From Dehalococcoidia bacterium (GTDB lineage Bacteria > Chloroflexota > Dehalococcoidia > Lucifugimonadales > UBA1123): 64,000 nucleotides of DNA. Within the stretch, counting starts at the first letter, position 1. Every line of letters begins with the position of its first letter. The stretch spans positions 238,996 to 302,995 of the forward strand of contig OZ247432.1 in assembly GCA_965232905.1 (NCBI GenBank), written 5' to 3'. A program made the position numbers and the translations under genes. Below are positions 48,788-58,102 of this stretch, piece after piece. Under the pieces are notes generated by a model. The model did not search any database. It saw only the letters and a program-made list of their open reading frames with translations, and was not told where the DNA came from.

Positions 48788-49240
48788 ATGGTTCAACAGG
48801 CCCACAGACTGTATAAGAGTCGAGACGACCGGTTCATGTTCGGCGTGGCAGGAGGGCTGGCTGAGTACTTCGATATCGACCCCGTGCTCGTGCGGGTGGG
48901 ATGGGTGCTGCTGGCGATAGGGACAGGCGGAATCGGCCTGCTGGTCTACATCGTACTGGCAATTGTCACCCCAGACGGCAGACGAATTGGATCGAAGGAA
49001 TCCGATACCAGCGTCGCACTTGACGATGTGTCCGATTCCACTGACGAGACGAGCCAGCACGAGCGGACCTCAAGAAGAGAGACAGCCAGGAACGTACTTG
49101 CTGGTGGCCTCATCATCGTAGGGGCCGTCATCCTGCTCCACAATCTCGGTGTGTTCGGCTCGATACGCTGGGACATCGTGTGGCCCGTGGCGATAGTGGC
49201 ATTGGGTCTTACGATACTTATCCCCTCGATCAGGCGCTGA
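48788..49240 (+). CDS. PspC domain-containing membrane protein
   Basis: ORF track 150 aa. LYKSRDDRFMFGVAGGLAEYFDIDPVLVRVGWVLLAI is a PspC domain. Confidence 0.8.
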   Translation: MVQQAHRLYKSRDDRFMFGVAGGLAEYFDIDPVLVRVGWVLLAIGTGGIGLLVYIVLAIVTPDGRRIGSKESDTSVALDDVSDSTDETSQHERTSRRETARNVLAGGLIIVGAVILLHNLGVFGSIRWDIVWPVAIVALGLTILIPSIRR

Positions 49241-49246
49241 TCCGTT

Positions 49247-50230
49247 ATGGCGTCCTCACGCTCGGAAGCAGTGCGTCGCGGGTTCTCCCTTGTTGGAGTA
49301 CTTCTGGCCGCACTCGGAATGGTACTCCTACTTAACACGGTTGGAATACTTCCCTTCGCAATGTGGTGGGAGCTGGTAGATTACTGGCCTGTGCTGCTGG
49401 TGTTAGTCGGAGTGAAGATGCTCCTCGCTCCCCGCGCACCATTTCTGGGGATCGGAGTGGCTGCGCTGATCGTGTTTAGTGCGGTCGCTGCGGCCTTGGT
49501 GACGATGCCGGAGAACCGGTCCGACGGGCCTGTACACGTCACGTACGTGGAGCCTATGGGCGATGCGGAGGTCCTGCGCTTGGGCATGGGTTTCGCCGGA
49601 GGCAGCGTTGAGTTGTCTTCAGGTTCTTCTGACGAGTCCTCCAGTCCGTCACTTTTGGCTGCTGACTTTGGCAGTCGGCCTGCGGAAGTGATTCGCGACC
49701 AGTCGGGCAGGGTGACCGAACTCTACCTCTCAGCGGGTGGCCCGGGTCTTGACCTCAGTATTACTGATGATGGGAAGGCATGGGACGTTCAGGTTGCCGA
49801 CTTAGACGTTTTCAATCCTGGACTTAACGTAGGCGGCCTTGTGGATTGGCACCTGATGATCTCTCCGGACGTCGCACTCGAACTTGAGATCAACGCTGGC
49901 GTAGCTGATCTGGACCTCAATCTGCAAAACCTGAACGTACGTAGGGTTTTGGTCGGGGCTGGAGCGACTGACATAAGGATAATGCTTCCCGTCGATGCTG
50001 GCAGGACAAGAGTAGAGATCGCCGCCGGGGCTGCCGATGTAGAGATCGTAGTTCCTGAGGGTGTGGCGGCACGGATCGAGAACGAGATACTCCTGAGTTC
50101 TACTCAGATCGACTCAGACCGGTTCCTGGAAACCTACGATGGCCTGCACGAGTCGCTGGACTACTCCACGGCAAATAACCGAGTCGATATAGAGATCGAA
50201 GGATTCGCTGCGGACGTTACCATTAGCTAG
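49247..50230 (+). CDS. LiaF-like / DUF5668-type membrane protein with a beta-rich C-terminal domain
   Basis: ORF track 327 aa. N-terminal TM pairs (LLNTVGILPF..WWELVDYWPVLLVLVGVKMLL). The C-terminal repetitive beta-like segment and the PspC neighbour fit LiaF-type envelope-stress proteins. Tentative. Confidence 0.55.
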   Translation: MASSRSEAVRRGFSLVGVLLAALGMVLLLNTVGILPFAMWWELVDYWPVLLVLVGVKMLLAPRAPFLGIGVAALIVFSAVAAALVTMPENRSDGPVHVTYVEPMGDAEVLRLGMGFAGGSVELSSGSSDESSSPSLLAADFGSRPAEVIRDQSGRVTELYLSAGGPGLDLSITDDGKAWDVQVADLDVFNPGLNVGGLVDWHLMISPDVALELEINAGVADLDLNLQNLNVRRVLVGAGATDIRIMLPVDAGRTRVEIAAGAADVEIVVPEGVAARIENEILLSSTQIDSDRFLETYDGLHESLDYSTANNRVDIEIEGFAADVTIS

Positions 50231-50302
50231 CCTTGTCCCAGCCATGTGGCCTGCGTAAAATGCCATGCGGCAGTCTCGGGTCAGTCACTCCGGAGGTCCC
50301 AC

Positions 50303-51079
50303 TTGTACGCAATTGATCTGGAAGGAAAGAACGCCTTCGTATTCGGCGTTGCGAACCAGCGCAGCATTGCATGGCACATTGCCAGCGCGCTGGACCAGGC
50401 AGGCGCCCGCGTTGCGCTCTCATACTTGAACGACAGGATTAAGCCTGGCGTCGAGAGACTCGCATCCGGTCTGTCTTCCGGAGCGCCGCTCATTGCATGT
50501 GACGTCAGCGACGACGCATCTGTGGAGAACGCCTTCGAGACCGCGCGCGCTGAGATGGGAGGCCTCGACATAGTCGTCCACTCGGTGGCTTTCGCCAACC
50601 GCGAGGACCTGGGAGGTCCCTTCATCGACACTCCCCGCGAGGGGTTTCGCCTGGCGCTGGACATTAGCGCATATTCCCTCGTGTCTGTCGCGAAGCAGGC
50701 CGTACCGCTCATGTCGAACGGTGGCAGCATCATCACCATGACGTTCCAGGCCTCGAGCAGGGTCTTTCCTGGCTACAATGTGATGGGAACGGCGAAGGCT
50801 GCGCTCGAAAACGAAGTACGCCAGCTTTCGTGGGACCTGGGTCGCGACAACATCCGGATCAATGCGATCAGTGCTGGACCTGTCGACACGCTTTCCTCCA
50901 GGGTCATCAGCGGATACAGGGACATGAAGAGGGCCCACTCCGATCGCTCCCCCATGGGAAGGAACATTACCCACGAGGAAGTAGCCAATACGGCGCTGTT
51001 CCTGTGCTCGGACATGTCGACGGGAATCACAGGCGAGGTAATTCATGTGGATACCGGCTACCACGTGATGGGGATCTGA
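50303..51079 (+). CDS. fabI: enoyl-ACP reductase, FabI type
   Basis: Frame of ORF 50246-51079. TTG 50303 lies 6 nt after GGAGG (50292-50296). LEGKNAFVFGVANQRSIAWHIA, Y-x6-K region (YNVMGTAKAALE), NAISAGPV. Confidence 0.8.
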   Translation: MYAIDLEGKNAFVFGVANQRSIAWHIASALDQAGARVALSYLNDRIKPGVERLASGLSSGAPLIACDVSDDASVENAFETARAEMGGLDIVVHSVAFANREDLGGPFIDTPREGFRLALDISAYSLVSVAKQAVPLMSNGGSIITMTFQASSRVFPGYNVMGTAKAALENEVRQLSWDLGRDNIRINAISAGPVDTLSSRVISGYRDMKRAHSDRSPMGRNITHEEVANTALFLCSDMSTGITGEVIHVDTGYHVMGI

Positions 51080-51082
51080 TCT

Positions 51083-51589
51083 ATGAACTGGGCTGAAACG
51101 ATTGTGAACTGCCTGAAAGAGTCCGACGTGTCGCTCATTGCCTACGTGCCGGACATCAGCATCCACCAGGTAACCAGGCTGATGGAGGATGACGACTACT
51201 TCCACGTCGTTTCTGCGACGCGCGAAGAAGAGGCCATCGGAATCGCGACTGGTGCGTATGCCACAGGCCGAAATGCCGCGGTGTTCATGCAGTCGAGCGG
51301 ATTTGGCAACTGCATCAACGCTCTGGCCAGCCTTTGTCTTCCCGCGAGGGTGCCTGTGCCGATGTTCATTAACCTGCGTGGCGAGGTTGGGGAGTTCAAC
51401 ATAGCGCAGGTAGCCATGGGAAGGGCGACCAGGCCGATCCTGGATACTCTTGGCATCCCGTTCTATACGCTGGACACCGATGACCGGCTCGACATGCGAG
51501 TTTCCGGGGCCCTAAAGCTCTGCTATGCGTCCAGGCAACCTCTTGCTCTCTGCATGACACCTATGCTCCACGGAGGGAAGTTGGCCTAG
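51083..51589 (+). CDS. comD: sulfopyruvate/phosphonopyruvate decarboxylase family, alpha (Pyr-domain) subunit
   Basis: ORF track 168 aa. VPDISIHQV...TREEEAIGIATGAY.TGR.AAVFMQSSGFGN matches the split ComD subunit. Confidence 0.7.
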   Translation: MNWAETIVNCLKESDVSLIAYVPDISIHQVTRLMEDDDYFHVVSATREEEAIGIATGAYATGRNAAVFMQSSGFGNCINALASLCLPARVPVPMFINLRGEVGEFNIAQVAMGRATRPILDTLGIPFYTLDTDDRLDMRVSGALKLCYASRQPLALCMTPMLHGGKLA

Positions 51590-51603
51590 CTGCCAGTTCC
51601 TTC

Positions 51604-52209
51604 ATGCCGACTGCTTCGATTGGCACAACACTTCGCTGCCTCAGGGAGAATGACTTGTACAGGTTCTCGGCTACAAAGAGAATAAAGGACCTGGTTGGCG
51701 ACATTGCTGTCGTCGCTAATCTCGGCCCCACGACCGATGAGCTCTGGCACGCCGGGCACCGGGACCGAAACTTCTACACCTACGGCTCTATGGGGTTGTG
51801 CTCATCGATCGCGTTAGGGATGGCACTGTCAACCGATGAGAAGGTGCTGTCGCTCGATGGTGATGGTTCTCTGCTGATGAACATGGGGACGATAGCAACC
51901 ATAGGTCGGGAAAACCCTGCGAATCTCATAGTGGTAGTCTGGGACAATGAGCAGTGGGCTCAAACAGGCTACCAGGCGAGCCACACGGCTTTCGGGACTG
52001 ACCTCGAAGGTGTTGCCAAGGGGTGCGGAATAGAGAAGACAGCCACGGTGGAGGATGAAGAGGAACTGGAGGCAGCGCTTCTTCAGGCACTACGCGAGGA
52101 TGGGCCGTGGTTCATCGTTGCCAAGGTCGAGGAAGAGGAGTACCTCCCCGTTGCACCGATTGAGCCTGAGGTGACCCTACACAGGTTCCGAGCTTCGTTC
52201 GGTGCGTGA
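51604..52209 (+). CDS. comE: sulfopyruvate/phosphonopyruvate decarboxylase family, beta (TPP-binding) subunit
   Basis: ORF track 201 aa. GSMGLCSSIALGMAL...LDGDGSLLMNMG (GDG-x-N TPP motif). Confidence 0.7.
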   Translation: MPTASIGTTLRCLRENDLYRFSATKRIKDLVGDIAVVANLGPTTDELWHAGHRDRNFYTYGSMGLCSSIALGMALSTDEKVLSLDGDGSLLMNMGTIATIGRENPANLIVVVWDNEQWAQTGYQASHTAFGTDLEGVAKGCGIEKTATVEDEEELEAALLQALREDGPWFIVAKVEEEEYLPVAPIEPEVTLHRFRASFGA

Positions 52210-53529
52210 GTCTGCTGGCCCGTTTCTCGACTGATCCGGGCTGACCCCTCCCTGGACTGGCCTGCCGTTCTCAGGTGGCTGCTGACCCATGGGAGCCCGG
52301 AGTTCGGGCATAACCAGTGCAACGATGCTGAGTGAAATTATCCCGAGGATCCCGAAGACAGTGATTCCCGTAGCTGGCGAAGTAGTCTCTGCGAGGGCCC
52401 CGATGAGCAGCGCCCCTATCGGGCCTGCCCCGATCGCCAGCGAAATCACGCCAAGAGCTCGACCACGCATGTCGTCTGACGCAGAGATCACTATTATGGT
52501 CGACTGCATTGTGCCGAAGCCTGCCGTTCCAAGTCCCAGCAGTACCAGCACCGGGAGCGATACTGCGAACCACTGTGACGCAGCAAAGGCAAGCACCAGC
52601 ACCAGCCCTATCAGCGATCCCCCGAGGTAGATCCGGCCGTGGTATCTGAGCTGACCGAAGGACGCGATCGCAATCGATCCGATAATTGCCCCCAGTCCGT
52701 CGGCTCCCATGAGCAGTCCCATTAGGCCCGCGCCGACGTCCAGAGTATCTCTCGCAATGACCGGCACCATTTGCATGTAGGGGAAAAGCAAAAGGTTCAT
52801 TAGGACGGTCACGACGACGGTGGCCATTATGACCCTGTTGCTTCTTACATAGACGAACCCCTCATAGAGGTTCCTCGCGACGCTGTGGGTTGCCGGTATG
52901 ATGTCCCGCTGCGGCAGCTTCAAAGCCGTCAGGAATGATAGGGCGACCAGGTACAGCGCGATGATTACGACGTAGCCGCCGATCAGTCCCACGACCTGTA
53001 TCAGTACGCCCGCGAGTGCTGGACCAATCATCCTGCTTGCGTGCATCCCGACCGAATCCAGCGCCATGGCATTTGTCACACCGACGCGCCCAGTGACATC
53101 GAGCACGATCGAGCGCCGAGCCGGCATGTCGAACGCCCAGCCCAGTCCACTGACGAGGACCACCAAATAACTGTGCCAGTACTGCTCTGTACCAGTGACC
53201 AGGAGAACTAGCATTGACGCACTGGCCGCGAGGTTCAGAAGCTGCGTGAACCTGATCAGCTTGCGGCGGTCGACCCTGTCTGCCAGCACTCCTCCAATTG
53301 CCCCGAATAGAAGCAGGGGGATCATTCCGAAGAAGCCGACAAGGGCCACTAGGAATGGAGAGCCGGTCAATTCCAGGACCAGCCACACCATGAGGGTCAT
53401 CTGCATCCAACGCGAGATGTACGAGAAGAAGTTGGCCGGCCACAGGAGTCGGAATCCGCGGTGCCTGAACGCATCGAGGGTAGGGGGGAGTTTCGTGTTG
53501 CGGGGTCGCAGATGCGGTAGGTTAGCCAT
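52177..53529 (-). CDS. MFS transporter (EntS/MFS_3-like exporter)
   Basis: Frame of ORF 52177-53571, ATG 53529 (MANLPHLRPR...). About 12 hydrophobic segments. FRLLWPANFFSYISRWM start typical of this MFS subfamily. Confidence 0.8.
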   Translation of the reverse strand: MANLPHLRPRNTKLPPTLDAFRHRGFRLLWPANFFSYISRWMQMTLMVWLVLELTGSPFLVALVGFFGMIPLLLFGAIGGVLADRVDRRKLIRFTQLLNLAASASMLVLLVTGTEQYWHSYLVVLVSGLGWAFDMPARRSIVLDVTGRVGVTNAMALDSVGMHASRMIGPALAGVLIQVVGLIGGYVVIIALYLVALSFLTALKLPQRDIIPATHSVARNLYEGFVYVRSNRVIMATVVVTVLMNLLLFPYMQMVPVIARDTLDVGAGLMGLLMGADGLGAIIGSIAIASFGQLRYHGRIYLGGSLIGLVLVLAFAASQWFAVSLPVLVLLGLGTAGFGTMQSTIIVISASDDMRGRALGVISLAIGAGPIGALLIGALAETTSPATGITVFGILGIISLSIVALVMPELRAPMGQQPPENGRPVQGGVSPDQSRNGPADSRTERSSEPV

Positions 53530-53680
53530 GAAAGTCAGCCGCAATTCTACTCCGCGCTTGCACGGAAACAAAGCGCATTTCGGGCCAAGATTCAGATTCG
53601 TTCGAGATTTAGCTCAAACAGGTACTAAGCTCGTGACCACGGGAGTTGAGTGACAGTCATAGCAAGAATGACGAAACCCG

Positions 53681-54478
53681 TTACAGGTCGTCCTGGAGAA
53701 CCTGTTCGACGTCCGAACTGAGCACCCAACCTTCCAGCTCGGTCCTGGGTAATCTCACCCTGGTCCAGCCAGCCCTCGTCTCGACAACGCCGACTTCTCG
53801 CCCGGCATCAAGGTTAATCTCTATGCGGGCCCTCGTGTTGGGAGCTTCCAATACGTCAGTTGACCTGGCGATGATGACTCCGGTCTCGGTCCAGTGGTTG
53901 CGACCAACCTGGTTTCCAACTGCGAGCATGGCGAACAGCAGCAGCCCGAATCCCGCGATGACAGCAACGCGCCTGAGTGCTAGTGAATGGCGAACATTGC
54001 GATTCCAGAATAGCGTCAGTACAACCGTCCAGATGACCAGCCAGCAGAATAGAGCGACCAGAGTCGCCGCGTTCAGCGAAACCCAAGGCAGCCAGCCGGC
54101 GAACTGTCCCAAGACAGGCATAGGCCTTTCCTGCGATGAGCCAGGTGCGCCGACACTTTCCCGCAAAAGTGAAAGATTTGTGTCTATGTCGTCGTCCAGA
54201 GGTGCGAGCCGCTTCGCGCGGAGATAGTTCAGCAGCGCACGTCCCTTGTCATCCATCCGGTAGTAGGAATTGCCGAGGTTGTAGTAGAGGGTCGCATCCT
54301 GGTAACCCAGCCTCGAAAGATGTTCGTAGCTGCGTGCGGCTTCCTCGTAGTTCCCGGACTCGTACAGCAGGTTTGCACTTCGAAATGCCTCAACGTCGAG
54401 CAAGCCATCCGCCGCTACTGAATCGACAAGAGCGAGAGCGGCTACGAGAGTGAGTGTGAGCAAAGCTACAGCCTTCAC
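53681..54478 (-). CDS. batE: BatE-like protein (TPR repeats, TM segments, C-terminal SH3b-like domain)
   Basis: ORF track 265 aa. Signal, TPR (ANLLYESGNYEEAARSYE...YYNLGNSYYRM), C-terminal GWTRVRLP..LEGWV. Last gene of the Bat operon. Confidence 0.6.
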   Translation of the reverse strand: MKAVALLTLTLVAALALVDSVAADGLLDVEAFRSANLLYESGNYEEAARSYEHLSRLGYQDATLYYNLGNSYYRMDDKGRALLNYLRAKRLAPLDDDIDTNLSLLRESVGAPGSSQERPMPVLGQFAGWLPWVSLNAATLVALFCWLVIWTVVLTLFWNRNVRHSLALRRVAVIAGFGLLLFAMLAVGNQVGRNHWTETGVIIARSTDVLEAPNTRARIEINLDAGREVGVVETRAGWTRVRLPRTELEGWVLSSDVEQVLQDDL

Positions 54479-56214
54479 TCCGACAACTCCTCATCCAGCG
54501 TTCGCACTATCGCCTGCACGTCATGTGCCACTTCTTCAACTCCTTCGACCTCGTGTCGAGAGAAGCGCATCTCGGCGACTCTTCTGATCAGGTCCACCAG
54601 GCGGTCACACGTAGCAGCACTGGCACCAAGTTGACCAAGCGATTCGGCGATCTCGGTGGCCGACATGCCCGATGTGGCGCGGTCCAACCTAACATCCAGG
54701 TAGCCGTGGAGTGCCATCCCGGCGGCATCTGCGGCGGAGGACCCAGGCTCAATCGCCGCAAGGCTGGCCAGGGCGGCCTGTGTCGCAGCGTTGGGTTCGC
54801 CAGATGTCGCGACAGATTCGGGGCGCTTCTTGTAGACGATCAGGGCAGCCACCGCAAGGATTCCGGCCAGTGGCGTGAGCCAGAGCAGCCAGAGCGCCCT
54901 GTTATCAGTAATTGGGTCTGTCGGGCGGCCAATGGAACCTGGGACCGGCTTGATATACCGAATATCCTGCGCCTCTGCATCCTCCGACTCTCCTGAGGAT
55001 GCGAGGGGCTCGGCCTCTGGAGAGCTTGGGTCCGGATTAACTTCGACTCTGAAAGATCGGCTTGTGAGGGTTTTGTACCTTGCATCGTATGGATCGAAGT
55101 AGGCGTACTCGACCGGCGGAAACTCATGGCTACCGGAGACGCTGGGTATAAACACCCTCGTGAACTCTCGGGACCCCTGCACTTTGCCATCGATAATCGA
55201 CATCTGGTACGGAGCGTCACTGTCGAACGCGCGCCAGCCGGGGACCTCGGGCCACTCAGGAGCGGGCAGGGACTCCATGTTTCCCTCACCGGATACAGTG
55301 AGCGTAATTGTCACGGGCTCCCCGAGGTCTACCGCATTGAGGTCCAATTCGGAAGTGAGGCTGTACCTTCCCACCGCCCCCGTGAACGAGTCTGGTTCGC
55401 CGGGTGGCAACGGGCTGACCTGCAGATTGATCTGGCGGGTTGGGTATTGCGTAACGCTGGATCCCAGAAGCCCTCCTCTGACCGTCACGTTGGTGGGCTC
55501 GATCTCGAGGTCTCCCGCCAGGGTTGGGAATAGAATCGTGTTCGCTTCCGTGACGCTGTATCTTCGCCCGGCAACGTCCGCGATGCTCTCTTCTTCGCTG
55601 GACCTGCCGGGATTCCAGAAGCCTGCAAAGTCCGGCGCATCGTATATGGGTCTGGAGAACGCGTTCGCCGAGTAGAACCTCAAGGTGTAAGTGATCTGTT
55701 GACCGATGTAGGGTGATTCGTCGTCCACTTCAGACTCTGCAAAGAAGTCCTGACCGACCAGGCTGGTTGGCTGAGGTGGCGCCGCACCTGGCAATTGGAT
55801 TGCGCCGGACCCTCCAGTCACATTGACGGTGATGGGGTCGGTGATGTGGACGGTGTTGTCGAGGATAACGTTGATCGGGTCGATGTCAATCGAGCCGGTC
55901 CGCAACGGCTGGTACTTGAAGCTGAACTCGAAGTGTGCAGACAACGCGCCCTGCACGAACGTCTGGAAGCTCCTCCTTTCGGTTCCGACAAGTACCAGGC
56001 CATTGATCACCGGAGCCTGTGGCAGGGGATGAACGTTGGTTACACCCTCGATGCGCAGGGTCAAAGTGAGCACGTCGGACATCGTCAGGGAAGTTCGGTC
56101 CACGGAAGCAGTTACACTTGGCGTCTGAGCGTGAACTGGCGTCGCGGTCAAACCAACCACAAGCAGCAATACAGTTGCCAGGAGCGGAAGTCTGACCTTG
56201 TTCACCGAGCTCAC
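54475..56214 (-). CDS. batD: BatD-like oxygen-tolerance protein
   Basis: ORF track 579 aa. Signal. VTASVDRTSLTMSDVLTLTLRIEG start, repeated beta domains, a late TM segment. Position after BatC. Confidence 0.7.
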   Translation of the reverse strand: MSSVNKVRLPLLATVLLLVVGLTATPVHAQTPSVTASVDRTSLTMSDVLTLTLRIEGVTNVHPLPQAPVINGLVLVGTERRSFQTFVQGALSAHFEFSFKYQPLRTGSIDIDPINVILDNTVHITDPITVNVTGGSGAIQLPGAAPPQPTSLVGQDFFAESEVDDESPYIGQQITYTLRFYSANAFSRPIYDAPDFAGFWNPGRSSEEESIADVAGRRYSVTEANTILFPTLAGDLEIEPTNVTVRGGLLGSSVTQYPTRQINLQVSPLPPGEPDSFTGAVGRYSLTSELDLNAVDLGEPVTITLTVSGEGNMESLPAPEWPEVPGWRAFDSDAPYQMSIIDGKVQGSREFTRVFIPSVSGSHEFPPVEYAYFDPYDARYKTLTSRSFRVEVNPDPSSPEAEPLASSGESEDAEAQDIRYIKPVPGSIGRPTDPITDNRALWLLWLTPLAGILAVAALIVYKKRPESVATSGEPNAATQAALASLAAIEPGSSAADAAGMALHGYLDVRLDRATSGMSATEIAESLGQLGASAATCDRLVDLIRRVAEMRFSRHEVEGVEEVAHDVQAIVRTLDEELSE

Positions 56215-56219
56215 CGGAG

Positions 56220-57065
56220 CTACCAGTCCTGTGCTGGGGGTGTGCCCGGGAAGGAGCGCATCGTCTGAATGGCGTTCCGGAGTGGCTCTGCGTTCTCTCC
56301 GACCATTTCCAGCAGGCGTCTAGCCTGCTCCTCTGTGAGCCCCGTAGGGGGGATGATCGACTCCAGTTCCTGCTCGCCGGTGCCGGGTTCGGTGGGTTCG
56401 TTTTCTGACTCGGCGGGCTCTCCTTCTGGTTCACCTTCCTGAGGCTCGCCCTCAGGCTCGCCCTCGCCCTCCTGTTCCTCACCTTCGTTTTCCTGGTCCT
56501 GCTGCTGCCCTTCCTGTTGCTGTTCCTGATTGTCCTGCTGCTGTTGCTGCTGCGGTTCTGGAGTGGGCTGTTCCTGTGAAGGGCTGGGAGCCTCTTCCTG
56601 CTGCTCCGGCTGTGGCAAATGCGCCAGCGCAAGTTCCAGGTTGTGCTTGGCATCGTGGTCATCGGGATTGATCCGCAGCGCCTGCTTGTACATTTCGATT
56701 GCCTGCTCGTGGTCTCCAGCCTCGTAAAGGGCGTTCCCAGTATTGAATGTCGTCCAATCGGAAATGTCCAGGTTCTGCCCGGCCATCAACTCGTCGTACA
56801 GCTCCACTGCCTCACGGTACCGCTGCTGTCTGTACAGTGTGTTGGCCGTGTTGTAAGTGGGTTCCGTGCGGCCCGGCATTGAGTCCTGCGCGATCTCATA
56901 GGCATTAAGTGCCGTGTCATACATCTCTGCAGAGAACGCCTTGTTCCCAACTTCAACCGCCTCTGGACCGTCATCGCCGCCAATTGGAAAGGCAACCCCA
57001 CACCCGGTCATCAGCAGGGCGAGTCCGAGGGTCGCTAACAACCGGATGCAGATTCGGCGCTTCAT
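56220..57065 (-). CDS. batC: BatC-like TPR lipoprotein with a Gln/Glu-rich low-complexity tail
   Basis: ORF track 281 aa. Lipobox LMTGC. TPR repeats. PEPQQQQQQDNQEQQQEGQQQDQENEGEEQEGEGEPEGEP tract. Confidence 0.6.
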   Translation of the reverse strand: MKRRICIRLLATLGLALLMTGCGVAFPIGGDDGPEAVEVGNKAFSAEMYDTALNAYEIAQDSMPGRTEPTYNTANTLYRQQRYREAVELYDELMAGQNLDISDWTTFNTGNALYEAGDHEQAIEMYKQALRINPDDHDAKHNLELALAHLPQPEQQEEAPSPSQEQPTPEPQQQQQQDNQEQQQEGQQQDQENEGEEQEGEGEPEGEPQEGEPEGEPAESENEPTEPGTGEQELESIIPPTGLTEEQARRLLEMVGENAEPLRNAIQTMRSFPGTPPAQDW

Positions 57066-58102
57066 CGAGAATCACCCGATGGGACCACTACTGAAGCGTT
57101 TCTCCTTCTGCTGGGGATGAACTGAGAGATGATGAGAAGCGCGATCGCTCCGATGACGAACCACTGAAATCTCTCGACCCGGGCATTCGTAATCTCACTT
57201 TCGACCACCGTCTTTTCGAGGGTGTCGAGCTCTTCTGCAATGACAGCTGCTGCACTGGTGGAGCCGCCTGCCAGCACATACCTGCCGCCTCCGGCTTCAG
57301 CCACTCCCTTCAGCACATCTTCGTTGATCCTGGACAGCACCATGTTGCCGTCCCCGTCTTCCTGGTAGCCCTCAAGGTTGCCCCACGAGTCCTTGACGGG
57401 TATGGGCTCCCCATCGGATGTGCCGACTCCGATCGTGTACACTGCCAGGCCAGCATCGGCCGCTCTATCAGCGGCCCGCAGGTAGTCGGACATCTGACGG
57501 TCATCTTCACCATCGCTGATGATGACTATCGCTTTGTGGCCCACCCTGTCGTTATCGAGACCCACCATAGACACGCTAATCGCCTCGTCAAGAACTGTGC
57601 CCTGGCGAGCGATCATTTCAGTGTCGGCCCTATCCAGAAACGTGCGTGCTGTAGCGTAGTCGTAGGTCAACGGAAACTGGATAAAGGCCGCTCCTGAGAA
57701 CAGGACGAGACCAACTTCATCTCCGTGCAGTCTTTCAAGAAGGTCGGCTGCCTCCAGCTTGGCCCTCTCCAGCCGGTTTGGGCGGATGTCCTCAGCCAGC
57801 ATCGACCTGGAAATGTCCAGCGCCACCATGAGTTGCACTCCGTGCCGCTCTACGACCTGTTCTGTCTCGCCCCACTGCGGTCGTGCAGCAGCGAGCACGA
57901 CGAGGGCAAGGGCCAGGATCGTCAGGACACTCTTGACGAGACGTCCTGGGGTGTTTGCGCTTCCGATTAATCTCCTAACGAGTGCAGGATCGCCAAACCG
58001 GGACAGGGCTCTCTGGCGGGCAAAGAACGCCCATGCGACCAACCCGGCCGCAACGGGAACCACGGCAAGCAGCACGAGATACTGTGGACTGCCAAACGTC
58101 AT
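57062..58102 (-). CDS. batB: VWA domain membrane protein BatB
   Basis: ORF track 346 aa. N-terminal TM pair. VWA MIDAS (LDISRSM), C-terminal TM. Confidence 0.75.
   Translation of the reverse strand: MTFGSPQYLVLLAVVPVAAGLVAWAFFARQRALSRFGDPALVRRLIGSANTPGRLVKSVLTILALALVVLAAARPQWGETEQVVERHGVQLMVALDISRSMLAEDIRPNRLERAKLEAADLLERLHGDEVGLVLFSGAAFIQFPLTYDYATARTFLDRADTEMIARQGTVLDEAISVSMVGLDNDRVGHKAIVIISDGEDDRQMSDYLRAADRAADAGLAVYTIGVGTSDGEPIPVKDSWGNLEGYQEDGDGNMVLSRINEDVLKGVAEAGGGRYVLAGGSTSAAAVIAEELDTLEKTVVESEITNARVERFQWFVIGAIALLIISQFIPSRRRNASVVVPSGDSR

Noticed and set aside
50420-51205. 261-aa minus-strand ORF
   Set aside because: It is antisense to fabI and comD and has no motif. High-GC antisense frames commonly stay open.
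55886-56662. 258-aa minus-strand ORF rich in Arg/Ser/Pro
   Set aside because: It is an alternative frame spanning the batC/batD junction and reads the Gln/Glu-rich repeat DNA in another frame. The BatC and BatD frames fit the operon logic.
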